NCBI GenBank assembly: GCA_028023455.1
Contig: JAQFVV010000010.1
Span: 15,066,001-15,130,000 of the forward strand
Length of the DNA stretch: 64,000 nucleotides
Reading direction: 5' to 3'
From: Epiperipatus broadwayi
Taxonomy: Eukaryota; Animalia; Onychophora
Part shown: piece after piece, positions 1 to 13,632 of the stretch
Numbering within the stretch: the first letter of the stretch is position 1
Layout: each line of letters begins with the position of its first letter
Notes under the pieces: generated by a model
Databases searched by the model: none
The model's input: the letters and a program-made list of their open reading frames with translations, nothing else
Told to the model about the DNA's origin: nothing
Translations under genes and position numbers: made by a program

Positions 1-2479
1 AGAATTTGATCTGGAATATTGTACATTTTGTAATTTTTTTCAGAATGAGTTTTTGTGACTTGAATCAAAAGTTTTTTGGATCAAAAGACGGTAGAATTTA
101 AAAATTGCATTGTTTTGTTGTAGTTTTTAATTTTAAAATATATGATTTATCCATCTCCTGAATCTGAAACCTATCTTTTTTTTCACCTAATATTAACAGT
201 AACAGCATCACTAATTCTGTTTAAAGGAATGTTTGTTGCTGTTGTTGTTTTTTAGAATAGCAATATAATATCAATATCTCTCCAATGATCACAAATAGGA
301 GGAACTTTCCTAATTGAATTTATAAAGTAAATGATTCAATATTTAGTCCACCTTTTTAAAAGAACTTGTTTGCACCCTTCTATCATCTTTTTATTAATAA
401 ATAATAAAAATAATCTATCACGATGAATATTATTTTTATTTTTCATTGATTAATCCACATTTTATGCATACTTGGTACATTTCTATTTCAAACTAAAAAC
501 TTTTCAGATATTACACCTTTATTTTACATATATTAATATATTTATTTTTGCCTACTTTATAATTATCACCCAATCAGGATCTACTTAAAAGCTTCTAACA
601 TAATTACATTTTACTTTTGATAATTAAGTCATGTTTGTTTTTTATTCAGTACCTTGTGTTATATTTTTTGTGATTTGTGGCATTGTTTCAATTTTTAGTA
701 GTAGAATATGCAAATACTAAGATAATCCCTTGTATCAACATCTCTAAGCAGTTTCAACCAATTTTTCAGCGAGATTGTTTAGAAATTATTTTTGGCTTCA
801 CTTGTAATAAATGAAAGAATAAGTTAATGGTAATTGGAGATCATGTTTTAGTCTTTTGTTGTTAAAAAAAGTATTTTATTTTACAAGATGTTTCTCAATT
901 AGATGTGATGCTAAACATTCTATTTTTATGTGATTAGGGTAATGCCACAGACTTTGAAAAAAAAACCAAACTTTTTTTATATCATTATCAAGGGACTTTT
1001 TTTAAAAAAGATTATTTTTTATGTGGAACGTAGTATAAGCAAATAGTTTGAAAGATCTCTGATGAATGTATTAAATAAATCAGATATCTGATTTTCTATT
1101 TTGTTATGATTGTTGTTGTTATTTGGATGTTATTATTAAGAGAGCATTTTTGACTAATCAATTAATGCCATTTTTGACATGTAAGAATTTTAATATGATT
1201 GGGATGAGAGTATTTTTCTAATCAGAAACTAAGATTAAATTATTAAAAATAATGGCAATCTTTGGTTTATTTTGGAAGCTCATATCAAAGTTAATAATTA
1301 AAGATAGATTTTATTGTTACATTTTCATTTACCACTGTCAAACTCCCTCCACTCACAACTCCACGCCATCCATTTCAGATAAATACAATAATGACCACTA
1401 CTAATCATTATCGAAACTAGAGATTATCTCTAGCACAGATATAAACTGTAAACCTCAGTTAAAGATTAATATATCTGATTTTTTTATTTATTTTACATAC
1501 ATGGAGTTATTAACCTTTCTTAGTCACAACAACTCCCTGACCCAAATCTAAGCCTGTTCTTAAGGTAAATGATTCTCAATTAGGAACATAGCAATACAAG
1601 ATAATGATATTAGACAATAATTTTTTTCATCATTATTATTTTATTAAGTTCTGAGACTGTAGTATATGATTTTGTTTCATGCTATATATTTGAAATTGCT
1701 TTTCTATCAATATTGGTGAATAATTTTGCTAATCTTTTATATTTTGGTTTGGATTCTATATATATTGCTGGGATCTTTTCTATTAAGAGCAAGTTAATCA
1801 ATTTCTGTTTTTATTTAGTTTGGTTTAAAAGAATATTATGAAAAGAGAAACCAATATTTCTGCTTTAATGATTTTTTTCATTTTATCAACCTTGAGCGAT
1901 AGAGTTCTGGTATATAGTTAGTAATCTCATTGTCTGTAATAGATCTTTGGGATGTGTTTTTGTAATTATTAAATCAGTATTTCTGCCATTGGCTTTTTCA
2001 TTATGTAAAGTTTTGTCTTTCTACGTAATGTATGTATGTGTGTTTGTTTTTATTTCGTTTGTTTATTTGTTAGTTTTTCTTTTCTTGTGCTGTCATTAAA
2101 TTTCATAAATTTGTCACAATACTATGCTTTTGGTAAATTTGGAGAGAGGTTTTTAAATTGTTTTTTTTTTTTTGTTATATCAAGAGGAAATGAAACTGAT
2201 TTTTTGATATTTTAATTTATCCAATAAAATATATTATAAAAAAATAATCGAATGGCTTATTGTTTAGGAATTTATAAAAAAAGTTCGAACACCAGAAGTG
2301 AAGAGCTGGTCCACAATCTATGTTAATTACCTGAGTTTTTGTTAATAGAAATGTAAATTACAAGAGTGATAAGTTTTAGTTTGCATTTCTTTAGGAAATG
2401 GAACCCAATATTATTTTAGATCCCAAGTGCCATTTTAACGGTTGAGAATTTTCATTATTTCCCAAAGATTATTATGGAA

Positions 2480-3600
2480 TAACAGTAGCTAACTATCCAT
2501 ACAATAGTACCATCAAGTACAAGCCTTCGTAATCAATGGATGCATGAAGGTTTGTGCATAAATCTCTATCTAATGCATACTCATCAAATATCCTCAGAAT
2601 AGTTTCTGTCTTGTGGCTTTCATACTTATGGAGCCTTGGATTTGAGAGCATTGCACCTACATCTTAGGATCTAATGCAACTTCCCAAAAAACATTTCTTA
2701 CCTATTTGATTAACTATAAAGTTAGTATCCGCAAATAAAAACAATAATGTTTTCAATCCCAAGCTCATTCATTTGTAAAATTATATAGACCTGAACTCAG
2801 TTCGGTATCTATACATTTTGGTTTTTCAGAAATAGGCAGGATAAGTATCAAAACATCATATGATCACCATTTTATATGTTTACACAGGCTGTTAATAACA
2901 GCAGCTAACTGTCCATACAGTAATGCCACTAAGTGCAAGCCTTTGTAATCAATGCATGCAAGAAGGTTTGTGCATAAAATTCTTATCTAGTGCCTACTCA
3001 TCCAATATTCCCAAACTAGTTTTGCTTTCATTAGTGAGGAATCTTGGAATTGAGAGCACTGCAGGATCTAATGCAACCCCCAGCAACTACCTTTTACCTA
3101 TTTGGTTAAGTACTTGTATGGAGAATTAGTTACTATTATTAACAGCCTGTATACGGATATGAAATGGTGACCACGTGATGTTTGATCGGTTTGTACCTAT
3201 CCTTCCTATAGGATAATGGTGACTGTGATTTTTGAAAAACCAAAGATACCAAATATGTAGATGCTGAACTGAGTTCAGATCTATGTAACTCTACAAGCAA
3301 CTGAGTTTGGATTGAAAACATTATTGTGTTTTCATCTTGGGTTCTTAATTTTATAGTTAACCAAATAGATAAAAGGTGCTGCTGGAAAATTGCATTAGAT
3401 CCTGAGATCTAAGTGCAGCGTTCTCAAATCCAATGCTCCTCACTGATGAAAACCAAAGTTAGAAATTAACCTATGGATATTGGATGAGTAAGTACTAGAT
3501 AGGGATTTTATGCTTAAACCTTCTTGCATTCATTGATTATGATGGCTTGCACTTGATGGCACTACTGTATGGAGGTTCAACAACTGTTGTTAACAACCTG
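2480..3600. repeat. Repeat family A: two tandem copies (about 2480-2900, 2896-3125) followed by an inverted copy (about 3135-3600)
   Basis: Shared blocks such as ccatacagtagtgcca / aatcaatgcatgcaagaaggtttgtgcataaa / ctatctagtgcctactcatcc and their reverse complements. Confidence 0.85.
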
Positions 3601-6600
3601 TATAAATATATGAAAGGGTAATCATGGGGTTTTGATTATTCTTATGGAAATTGATAACTTTAAATATAGGTGTGGGATGATCTAAAAAAAGAAAATAGAA
3701 TTATTATATACACTAAAAATTATCTAATAATAAATTCCAAGTTAATGTTTAAAAGCAAATTTTTTAAACTGGTCAATGACAAAACACTTTGTTCTGAATG
3801 TCCAGGAAGAAACTACATACTGCAAATGATCATGCTAAAGTATGATAATCATATGAACATATGTAGATGGAGATACATATTTACAATATATATATATATA
3901 TAGTTTATCATTAAAATCCCTGCCCATCTTTTAATACCTATATAAAAATACTAATTGCAAGTTCTTGTTTTCTAATATAAAACGAGTTGATCATTTTTGA
4001 AACAATAGTGCTATAGCTTAATGTATAAACTTGTTCTCAATTCAAACTGCTTCTAATTTGTGCATATAGATCAATATACATATATTAATTTTTTGGAATA
4101 AATACATCTATCATATACATATATATTTCAAAATGTTTTTAATACTTCATCAATTTTTTTATTGTTTTATTAAAAAGATATTTCTTTCAGTGCATAAGTT
4201 GAAGTAACTATTTTTGGCTAGGCGATAATGCAAGGATGGAAAGCTGCTAAAACTCTTACCATCTGGTAGTTGATAATTCTTATGAATAATGCCTTTTCTT
4301 TTACTTATCTCTGAAGAACTTTGATGTTGTTTGCCAAATACTTCACTTTACAGGATAGTTTACTCGTTTTTGTTATATATATATCCGCCCACACATTTTG
4401 AAAATGCCGTACTCATAGTATCACTGTGTCTAATCCCATAATACAGTTTGAATCCAACATGGACATAACTATTTTTTTCTTAGAGTTTTTCTTTCAGGTA
4501 ACTAGCCTGTGTCAACTGAGTTAACCATCCACCATAGGCTACTCTTAGGTAGAGGGAAAACTGATGGAAAATCAGTCATTATATCACTAATTGGCAATTA
4601 GCAAGCAAGGTAATTCCCTTCTTCCTCTTCCTTGCATGAGGTCTATCTATTTTAACACATTTATGAATAAAAACAAATTAGATATGTAATAATAATATAA
4701 TATATCATTTTCAAATTATATATAAGAAATGAAAATGATTTCATTTTTTTTGTGTGTGCTATCAAATGATCCAATTAAAAACTCAACCATCATTTTTTTT
4801 TTTCAAAGTTAGCTTGTTAAATATACTACCAAAGATAGTAAAAAATTAAAATTATTACATTTTTGAAGTTAAGGCTATTTGAATTCTCCAGAAAGTTGCA
4901 ATTTTATGATTGTATGCAATTTCATAAAAAATGACTACTCAAGCAAGATGGAGGCTACAAAAATTACCAAATTATAGCTTTTTTTAAAGCCTGCCATATG
5001 ATAAGTGACATTTCAATTTTTAATTTCAAAGAAGTTTCATTTTGGAATCAAGATGTGATCATATTTTTTTTTTATTTTTGAGAAATATACAGAGAAAACC
5101 AGGCACTTCAATAACTAAAGTTTGTTAGGAATAAATGACAACTATTCTTCTTTTTTTTTTTTTTATATTGTTAAATTTTTATTCAACTCTAAACTATAAT
5201 GCAAGTATTTTTATATATGTCATTTTTTTCTTTTTGTAAATATAGAGGTTTAAATTTGTAGAGAACTGTCTTTATATATATTATTAGAAGATAATTCTGA
5301 AAAGCAAATCAATATGAATTTTATCCAGTGCACGTATAATCGTATTTAAAGAATAAATTAATATCATTGTTTTTTAAATAATTTTTAGTTTTAGTTTGTT
5401 AATTATACAATGAAATATATTTTTGTTTAATTCAGTTCTATCAGTCTAATGTATTATGCTACTTTTGATGATTTGTTGGCATATATTTATGAAGATGTTA
5501 TTTGTGATCATTCTTTTATGGTCCCGAACCTTCCCGATATCATTTGTTGATGTCTCATTACTTATATAATTTTAACAGTTTTTTCTTTATTTTCTTGATA
5601 TTCGCTACCTCTAGTCATGTTATGTTATTGCTGTTCTTGTTTTCTTAAGTAGTCTGCATTTTTCTATCTCAAATAATCTTTTTTAATCTTTATTACAAAA
5701 AAAATTAATGCAGAAGACCAAACAATCAGTCCTCTTATTATGGATAGCTTTGTGAATTATTCAAAAAGAACTATTTTTTCTTGATAAAAAAAACTCTCAA
5801 AAGGATATATTTTTAAAATTTCTACAAAAAATCATTAATCATAGTTCAGTTTTCATTAGTTTCAATCTTTATTCATATGCTAGAGATAACATGGCACTTC
5901 ATTTGTTGCTTAAAGTTTGTAGTTTATTATCAGTATAATGCATATAAGGTCAGATTTTCTGTTGAGATTTAAACAATAGTATGACTTTGTTATTATTGTT
6001 TTTTAAAAAAAGAAATCTCATTGCTAATAATCTCTAAAAAGTTGTCATTAACCCAATGTGAAGAAGTTACTAGAAGAATATGTAATGTTGATAAATTAGA
6101 TCATACTAAAAATCACTATCGATAAACTGTCATATACAGATATATAAGAATAATTAGCCAACTCATAAGTGCTGGTTTTGCGCAAAATATGGATATTGGG
6201 GATCATCTTTTTTTTTTTTTTTTGCATATATGTAGTCATATGTATTGATTGTTTGAGATAGAGTGAAGGATGAATATAGACTGGAAAAATCCTAAGTTTA
6301 TATATAAGAATAAATAAGATAGAATGGGCGTGCTCCAGTTTTAAAGATGTTAGATAAAATTACAGAAAAATAAGAGAGTACTCCAAAGAAGGAAGAGCAA
6401 ACTACCCAAAAACTAATGAGGATAAGCTAAAATCTTACCATCATGAACTGAATTCCTGAAGAAATCAAACAAATTATTAGTTCAGCATAGTATGGTAGGC
6501 CTTATTCAATAAGGCACATAATTCTTACTAATATATTTTTGAAGCCGGTAAATAGAATAATTTATTTAGAATAAAGCCACTTTTTTTGTTTTTAATGTTC

Positions 6601-6640
6601 TAGTGTTATATATAGTTAATATGTATTCTCTTTATTATAG

Positions 6641-6816
6641 CATGTTGGAATCCTGATCCTCATTGTAGACCAACCTTTCAAGACATCTTACAAGAATTAG
6701 AAGAGATTGCCCAATCACCTTTCATGAATACTCCACAAGACTCTTTCCATACTATGCAAGAAGATTGGCGATTGGAAATCGAAGAGATGTTCCATGAACT
6801 CAGGTGTAAAGAAAAG
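6641..6816 (+). CDS. slpr: MLK exon: end of kinase domain and first leucine zipper (CWNPDPHCRPTFQDILQELEEIAQSPFMNTPQDSFHTMQEDWRLEIEEMFHELRCKEK)
   Basis: Acceptor tttattatag|CA, donor AAG|gtaatg; 176 nt open. The peptide closely resembles the MLK1/2/3 segment CWNPDPHSRP...SFH..Q..W..EI..MF..LR.KEK (recalled, not searched). Confidence 0.95.
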
Positions 6817-9800
6817 GTAATGCTATATTATTTAAATTTTCTTCTTTTCTTTTTTTAAAGAATAGTTTGAGATTCTTTTTTTTTTTTTTGCTTAGAATTT
6901 GACAGCATATACTTTATAATTACTCTTTCCTATCAATAAATTAAATTCCAAACATTTGTAGCAGTAAAAATAAATAAATAAAATTACCAATTAAAAGGCC
7001 TTTCTTTATATATGGACATTTGGTATCTAATATTCAGTCTATATTTAATCAGAATTAATTATTAAAATTGAAAGAATTTTCATTTTTTTCTTAGTTTTTT
7101 AGACATTTTTCTATACTATATGTTGCTTAGCAAATGATATTAATTAGGAAATGGGACTGCTATCTGTTTTGCAGTAGCTACATTAACAGTCAGTGTATAT
7201 ATATATAAGAAGTAATTTTGGAATTGTAAATTCTGTTTCAGATTAAGGTTCTTCCTGTTTCCTCTTCTTCTTTTTTTTTTTGTATCTGTGTGAATCTACA
7301 TGCATCAAGAATACTGATATATATATATATATGCATTAGGTAAAATCTTTTTATTAATACTATAAGAAACATTCTGAGAATGATCTATGAACTACATATA
7401 TAATGAGAAAAGATAATCTGGAAGTATTAGTAAAATAAATTTTAAAATAAGTGCACTTATAAAAATTTGATTGATATATACCATAGCTCTCCATTGAATT
7501 TTATATGCATTCATTGCAGGGTGATACTTAATGTTTCAAAAGGCATTCTGCCCATCTCATGTAAAATGAATATGATGAGGGGTGGAAACAACTTTTAACA
7601 TCTGCTTAGTTATTTTTTACTATAGTACAACCATTTTTACATATGTAATATTATTATTAACTATTACTTATATATTCCTGCAACATGATTGTTATTGTTT
7701 CTTGGGGTTACAAACTGGGTAGGCAAGATATCAACTTTGAAAGAGAATGGTTTTATGACATTTTAAAGATATATTATGATATCATGGTGGTTTGCAAAGT
7801 AGAGGGGTACCAAATAGAAATATATACTGGCAATATGATATATTAAACATATATATGCTATGGATTCAGGTCACAATATTGATTTCTCTAATACCTGAAT
7901 CCTATACAGATGTGACCCTTTCTACTAATGTAAGATCAGAGTAGCCGCTGAAGTACTAAAAAGATTAAATTGTAACAACAAACATGATGATACATGCAAA
8001 CTTTCTCCTATTTGGAAGATTTTTTTTAAAAAACGTTCTTCTACAGATTTTTGGACTTTGATTTATAAGAAAAAAAATTATAAAATTGATAAATCAGTGT
8101 TTACAGTGCCTCTTTACAACCATTTTATAATATTCTATTCATCACCCAGTTGATAACTAGTGTGGTCAAGCCAAAATGTTGATATATTCATAATCATACA
8201 TAGATGAATACACAATATGTATTTATGTGAATTGCTGTTCAAATGTGGTAGGTGCTGTACTCAATTAATTAGAGTAGAGATGGATGTTTGTAAATAAATT
8301 CAAGCTCTAAAATCAAACTAGTATGGTGAAGATGCAGGGATTTTAACTTCTGGTTTAACTGATGAGTGAAAATTGACCATAAAATACATGTGGTTGGTGA
8401 GATAATGCGTTCTGGTATTTTTAAGTAAGTAATAGATACATGCAATATAATGAACTTTGAAATAAGATGAGTACCTCTAATAATTTGAAATTTTCTTAAT
8501 TATATGTATTCCATAAATGTTTAATTATTATATATAGTCATTACAAGGCAGTATCATTTCATAAGATGTTATAAGATTGACAATAATTGTTGTCCAACCA
8601 TCCCTCTGCCCCTTGTATGAAAGTAGTGTGATAAAGGGGGGGGGGGTGCAAGCAATTTTGGCTTCTGTTTGGTTATTTCTTTCCATGTGAAATATTGATA
8701 ATTGTCTAAAATTAAGAATTTCAGCAAAAAATAAAGAAATAAAAAATTGTGCATGAAAAAATATATAATTCAATATTAATATATATATATTGTAATGGAT
8801 CATTAGTTCCATATGTAACTTTACTAGAAGTTGCCACTAAATACTAAATCTATACTTCTTTGCTATATCAAATTGTAATTTAATATTGAGAATTAATATA
8901 AGAAAAATACAAAAGAAAGAAGTTAAGTTTACTAGAAAGTCACACATAAAAATGTTGGGAAGCTATAAATTATAAAATTAAATTCTTCTAATTAATAATA
9001 AATCTTAAAATAAAAAGACAAATTTACTCAATATGAGTTACATTTGGACACCTATTAATTTAGCATATCAATATTTTATAACTTGAGTAATAGTAATAAA
9101 AGGAACAAAATAATTTATTAAAAAAAAATAATAATAATGTTATTGTAATAGTTACCAATATTTAAATCAATATATCAAAATTGACAAATGCATGTTTGAT
9201 CAACAATCTGAAACATTGCCCCAACAAACCAAACTATTCTTGATCTCAATACCTAGCAACACAATAACTTATAAAGTGAGGATATAAAAATTAAGCAATG
9301 AGTGAAATGCCTTTCATATATAAGCTTAACTGTCTACTACAGTATTCTAGATAACGGCATAGAAACAACAATTATCTTTAAAACTTCATATATAAAACAT
9401 TTAAATATTAATTCATCATTATAACCATATTATTTATAAAGATATAAACATTATTCATAATTAAGAAAGTATTCACTACAAAAATGAAGTCATTATTAAA
9501 AATGAAGCCACAGAAATTTGTAATTGGAACTAACCAATAACATCAAGCTAAATATATGAATAATATCTTAGTTGCCAATACATACAGAATCAATCAAATC
9601 CCATATATATATAATAAATATTTATTACTATTTAAACAATCATTATAAGCTATCATTTATTACATTCATATTATTTTAAACATTATGTTTAAAACATTTT
9701 GAAAATATTACTTGCATACAGCTTTAATAATTACTACAATGGTTGATACAATATTAAGAATTGATTAATTATAAATAATTAATATAAAACAATTTATTAT

Positions 9801-10480
9801 AAAGTTAAATATTAACTCATTTACCAATAAATAAACTTAAATGTCTTTCTGCAGATTTATAAATATAGCAGAATCTCCTTATTATGGTACCTCATTTAAA
9901 AATCTAGATCACCCTAAATAAGTTGTAGTAAAATCATGATTTTACAGCAGCTGATGATTATGAATTAATCCTATTTATGATAGATGAAAATATGAAGAAG
10001 TAGATGATCCGTTTGAGTTTTGGTTCCCAAAGGATAAAAACTGCTTATTTAAAAGTTCATTTTGTGAGTTTAAAATCCAATGTTTTACTTTTAAAATTCA
10101 GCAGCTGACAATTCTGCTCTCATGATCAAAACAGTTTTCTTGATAAGAAATCATTCTTGGCTACTTGCCAATAGAACGTGTGTAATAAGATTTTGCAGTA
10201 AATAAAAAATTGAATTTTTATGCAATGAATGCTTGACTTTTTGAAGCAACATTTTCCCAACTCTTTTCTTTTTAGCTCTTCTTTTGACTACATGACAATC
10301 ATCTTTTTAAAAAATTTTCAGTAAATTCTTAGTTTCACTTTTCTCCTATATATTTAATATTATGAATAAATTGTCATTTATAAAACTAAATAATTGTTTC
10401 ATTCATATATAAAATTTATTATTAATAGATCTTGTTCATATGCTGTGTATTATTAATTACATTTAATGATATTTTATTAG

Positions 10481-10727
10481 GAGCTTCGTTCTCGTGAAGA
10501 AGAGTTGACCAAGGCTTTACTCCAGCAAAAAATTCAAGAAGAATTTTTGAAAAAACGTGAGCAGGAGCTTGCAGAACGAGAAATTGACCTGCTGGAACGG
10601 GAACTAAATATCATGATTCTGCAGCAACAACAGGGGCGCCCTACCCCAAAGAAACGCAAGGGTAAATTCAAGAAGAGCCGTTTAAAATTGCTTAAGCATG
10701 GAGGTCAGAGGATAAGTATGCCATCAG
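10481..10727 (+). CDS. slpr: MLK exon: second leucine zipper, basic region, start of CRIB (ELRSREEELTKALLQQK...RISMPS)
   Basis: Acceptor attttattag|GAG, donor TCAG|gtaaag; 247 nt; overlaps ORF 10505-10750. ELAEREIDLLERELNI and KKRKGKFKKSRLKL are MLK hallmarks. Confidence 0.96.
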
Positions 10728-12169
10728 GTAAAGTAATTTCAATTAAATGAAAAATGGTTATTTAAGAAATAAAATTTAATTTCAGTATTTTTTCCATATT
10801 TGATTAACTTATTAATTTTTTTGACATTGCTTAAAACATTTCAATATATTGTATTTAAGAATTGTTTTTCAGTTGTTAGTTTCAAAGTTTGTTTATTTTC
10901 ATAATGAAAACATATCTATTAAATAAGAAATCTTTTTATTTGTATATTGTAACCATCAACTACAAGAGGAAAAAGAGGAGTATTAAGAGGAAAAGACTAA
11001 CAAATCTATTCATCAACATACAGCTAGACATTAAAGAGAATTTTTCTACACCCAATTATATTCAATAATTAAATGTAAATACAATATGAAGGGTATTGAT
11101 TGAATTAACTGCATTAAATAAATAATTAGTCATGTAAATAAACATCTTCATTATATATATGCATACATTTACCTAATTATATCACAACTAATTATGAAGG
11201 CTCGTACAATTTATACTCTTTGTGAATTAATTAGTTCTAGAATACTTTATGATAATAACTTTAAAATAAATTAGATTATAATTCTCAGGTATTTTAATAA
11301 ATAAAAAATAATATCTTATGCCATCATGTAAAATTACCAAAACAGTATGATGATATTAAAATAAATTTTTAAAAAAGTAAGTAAATAAATAGATAATGGA
11401 ATATCTTCTCAGATAATACATTTTAAATGCAAAATAAAAATTTAGAAATCATGAGAAATCTTTATTTTCATATATGTTCTTAGTCAATATTACTGCAAAA
11501 TTTGATAGTGTTTTAAAATTCAATGCATATAAAAATGCAGACAATTGTACATTTTAATCCAATGTTTATGTTTTAGATTTTATGTTTTAACATTTGTATA
11601 CAAATATTAGATTCTCATTAACATAATAAGTAATAGCAAAGTAGAAATTTTTTTAAACGTGTTACAATTGGATATTTCTTATTTGTATATGTTGTCACAT
11701 TTTGTTTATGGATTTCAAGTAAAAATCATTTTGAATTGTAATTATTTATACATCATTATCTATATATTAAATAGTTTTATGTGATATTTAAATTATTTTT
11801 GAAATAGATTGTTGACAAAAGAAACAGTGAGTTTAGTTTCTTTAAATCTTAAATGAAATATACATTTAGCTTTCTCTGTTTCATCAATTAATTTTTTTAT
11901 ACTATCAGAATTTTTCTTCAAAAAAATTAGCATACAGTATCTGAAATCACATAATTTTGATTTTAATATTTGTAAGTATTGCTGAAAATGTTTTACTTAA
12001 CATATTATGTCTGATAACTATTTTATCTTTATTATACAATTCCATATTTAATTTGCTAAATTTTGAATGCTAATATGAATAGGATATGTGAACAGTATTA
12101 TAATCAATAATAGGCACAAAATTGTCTATGCAATTTGAAAAAATCAGTGACATTTAGATAAAGATCTAG

Positions 12170-13300
12170 CTATTGACTTGTCAATTATATAAAGTATAAT
12201 GGAAGTCTTAATATTCTGCATAATAACATATTTTCAACATAACACAGAATTCTTCGAATCGACTCAAGGAATGATTATAGGTTTATCACAGCCACCTATG
12301 ATAGCAACATTTACATGGGATAAATTAAAATTACAGCCATAAATACTATGCCATTTCCAACAAAAACTTGATTTGGACTATATTGATGATACATTTATTT
12401 TATGGCAACAAAACAAAACACTATTAGAAACATTCTGAACACATATCATTAACATATCTCTTTAAATTATATTCATAATAGAATCAGGTCAAAATTATTG
12501 TTTACAGAAAACTCCATCTATACAAGAAAATATTTAGCATATGCATTCAACAATTTCAGAAACAACTAAGTGTATATCACTATGGATTAGAGAAAAATAA
12601 ATTACTTTGGAAGCTAGTGACTTGGAAAAAGTCCAACATAAAAAAAAAAATCTCTCATAAACAGTGGTTATTCATCAACTACGTTAAGAAAATCTTAGCC
12701 AACAAAAAGAAACATTAAAAGAAAAACAAATGATAGTTACTTTAGTGTATCCATACCCTGAAGAAAACCTGATCAGCTTTCCAAAGTCATTGTGCATGAG
12801 GAATCCTAATCTCTTCAAAACCTAAACTTGAAATGCTGAAATTAGTCACTTAGAAGAGTAATTAAAAGAATATAAAGTAATGACTCTATCTAAAGAAGCA
12901 GATGATACACATACATCAATACCGTACATAGAGGATAAAATAAAAAGAAGAAAATTTAAAGAAACTGTTCACATGTCAATGACAAATAATACCATAAATC
13001 AACTTAGTGTTATAATCCATAGTGCTTGCAAAGTCCTCATTAATCTTTCCCTTAGAAAGAAAAATGGAGAATCAGGAGCATTCTCATAGACAATTATGTA
13101 AATATTCCACTGACTACTGTTTTTAACAGAATAATTAGTTAGTTACAGCACCATATTTAAATTTAGAATTCATGAATCTAAAGATGGCAGGTTTATTTCT
13201 ATGATAATGCTATCATTGGTCAAACCAGCGATCTGAAGAACAGAAAAAAGTACTACTTGAAACATTTATTGTGTTCTATACTAACCCATGAATTATTACT
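12170..13300 (+). mobile_element. Degraded Penelope-like retroelement (RT and GIY-YIG remnants)
   Basis: Fragments read FFESTQGM, YIDDTFILW (tatattgatgatacatttattttatgg), SIPYIE, FRIHE; many stops and frameshifts. Confidence 0.7.
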
Positions 13301-13506
13301 AATAGTTGAATGATTATATTTGGGACAGTATAAATAAAATTTGAATTTTTCTAGAAACATTTAACAATTAAACTAGATGATGGAAGTAATCTAATAATAT
13401 AACTACAAATTTTTAAAATTAGTTTGGGTGTGCGTGTGTGTATATGTGTTACTTTAAATTAGTTTAAGCATACTTGTATAATAATTTAACTTTTTTTTGT
13501 TAAAAG

Positions 13507-13632
13507 ACTTTAGGCACAACATCACCGTTCAACAAACTCCTTCTATTCTTGAGATGCGTAAAATGCATCTACCTTCCAGTCCAGATAGTCCACCAGCATC
13601 ACCAAGCATACCTCGGTTAAGAGCATTTGCAC
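13507..13632 (+). CDS. slpr: MLK exon: CRIB motif and SP-rich segment (DFRHNITVQQTPSILEMRKMHLPSSPDSPPASPSIPRLRAFA)
   Basis: Acceptor ttttttttgttaaaag|AC, donor GCAC|gtaaga; 126 nt, phase 1-1. Completes CRIB ISMPSDFRHNITV. Confidence 0.94.

Noticed and set aside
1524-1564. Possible exon ag|TCACAAC...TTAAG|gtaaat
   Set aside because: Peptide has no kinase-domain similarity, although the exon preceding 6641 should encode kinase subdomain X-XI; not supportable.
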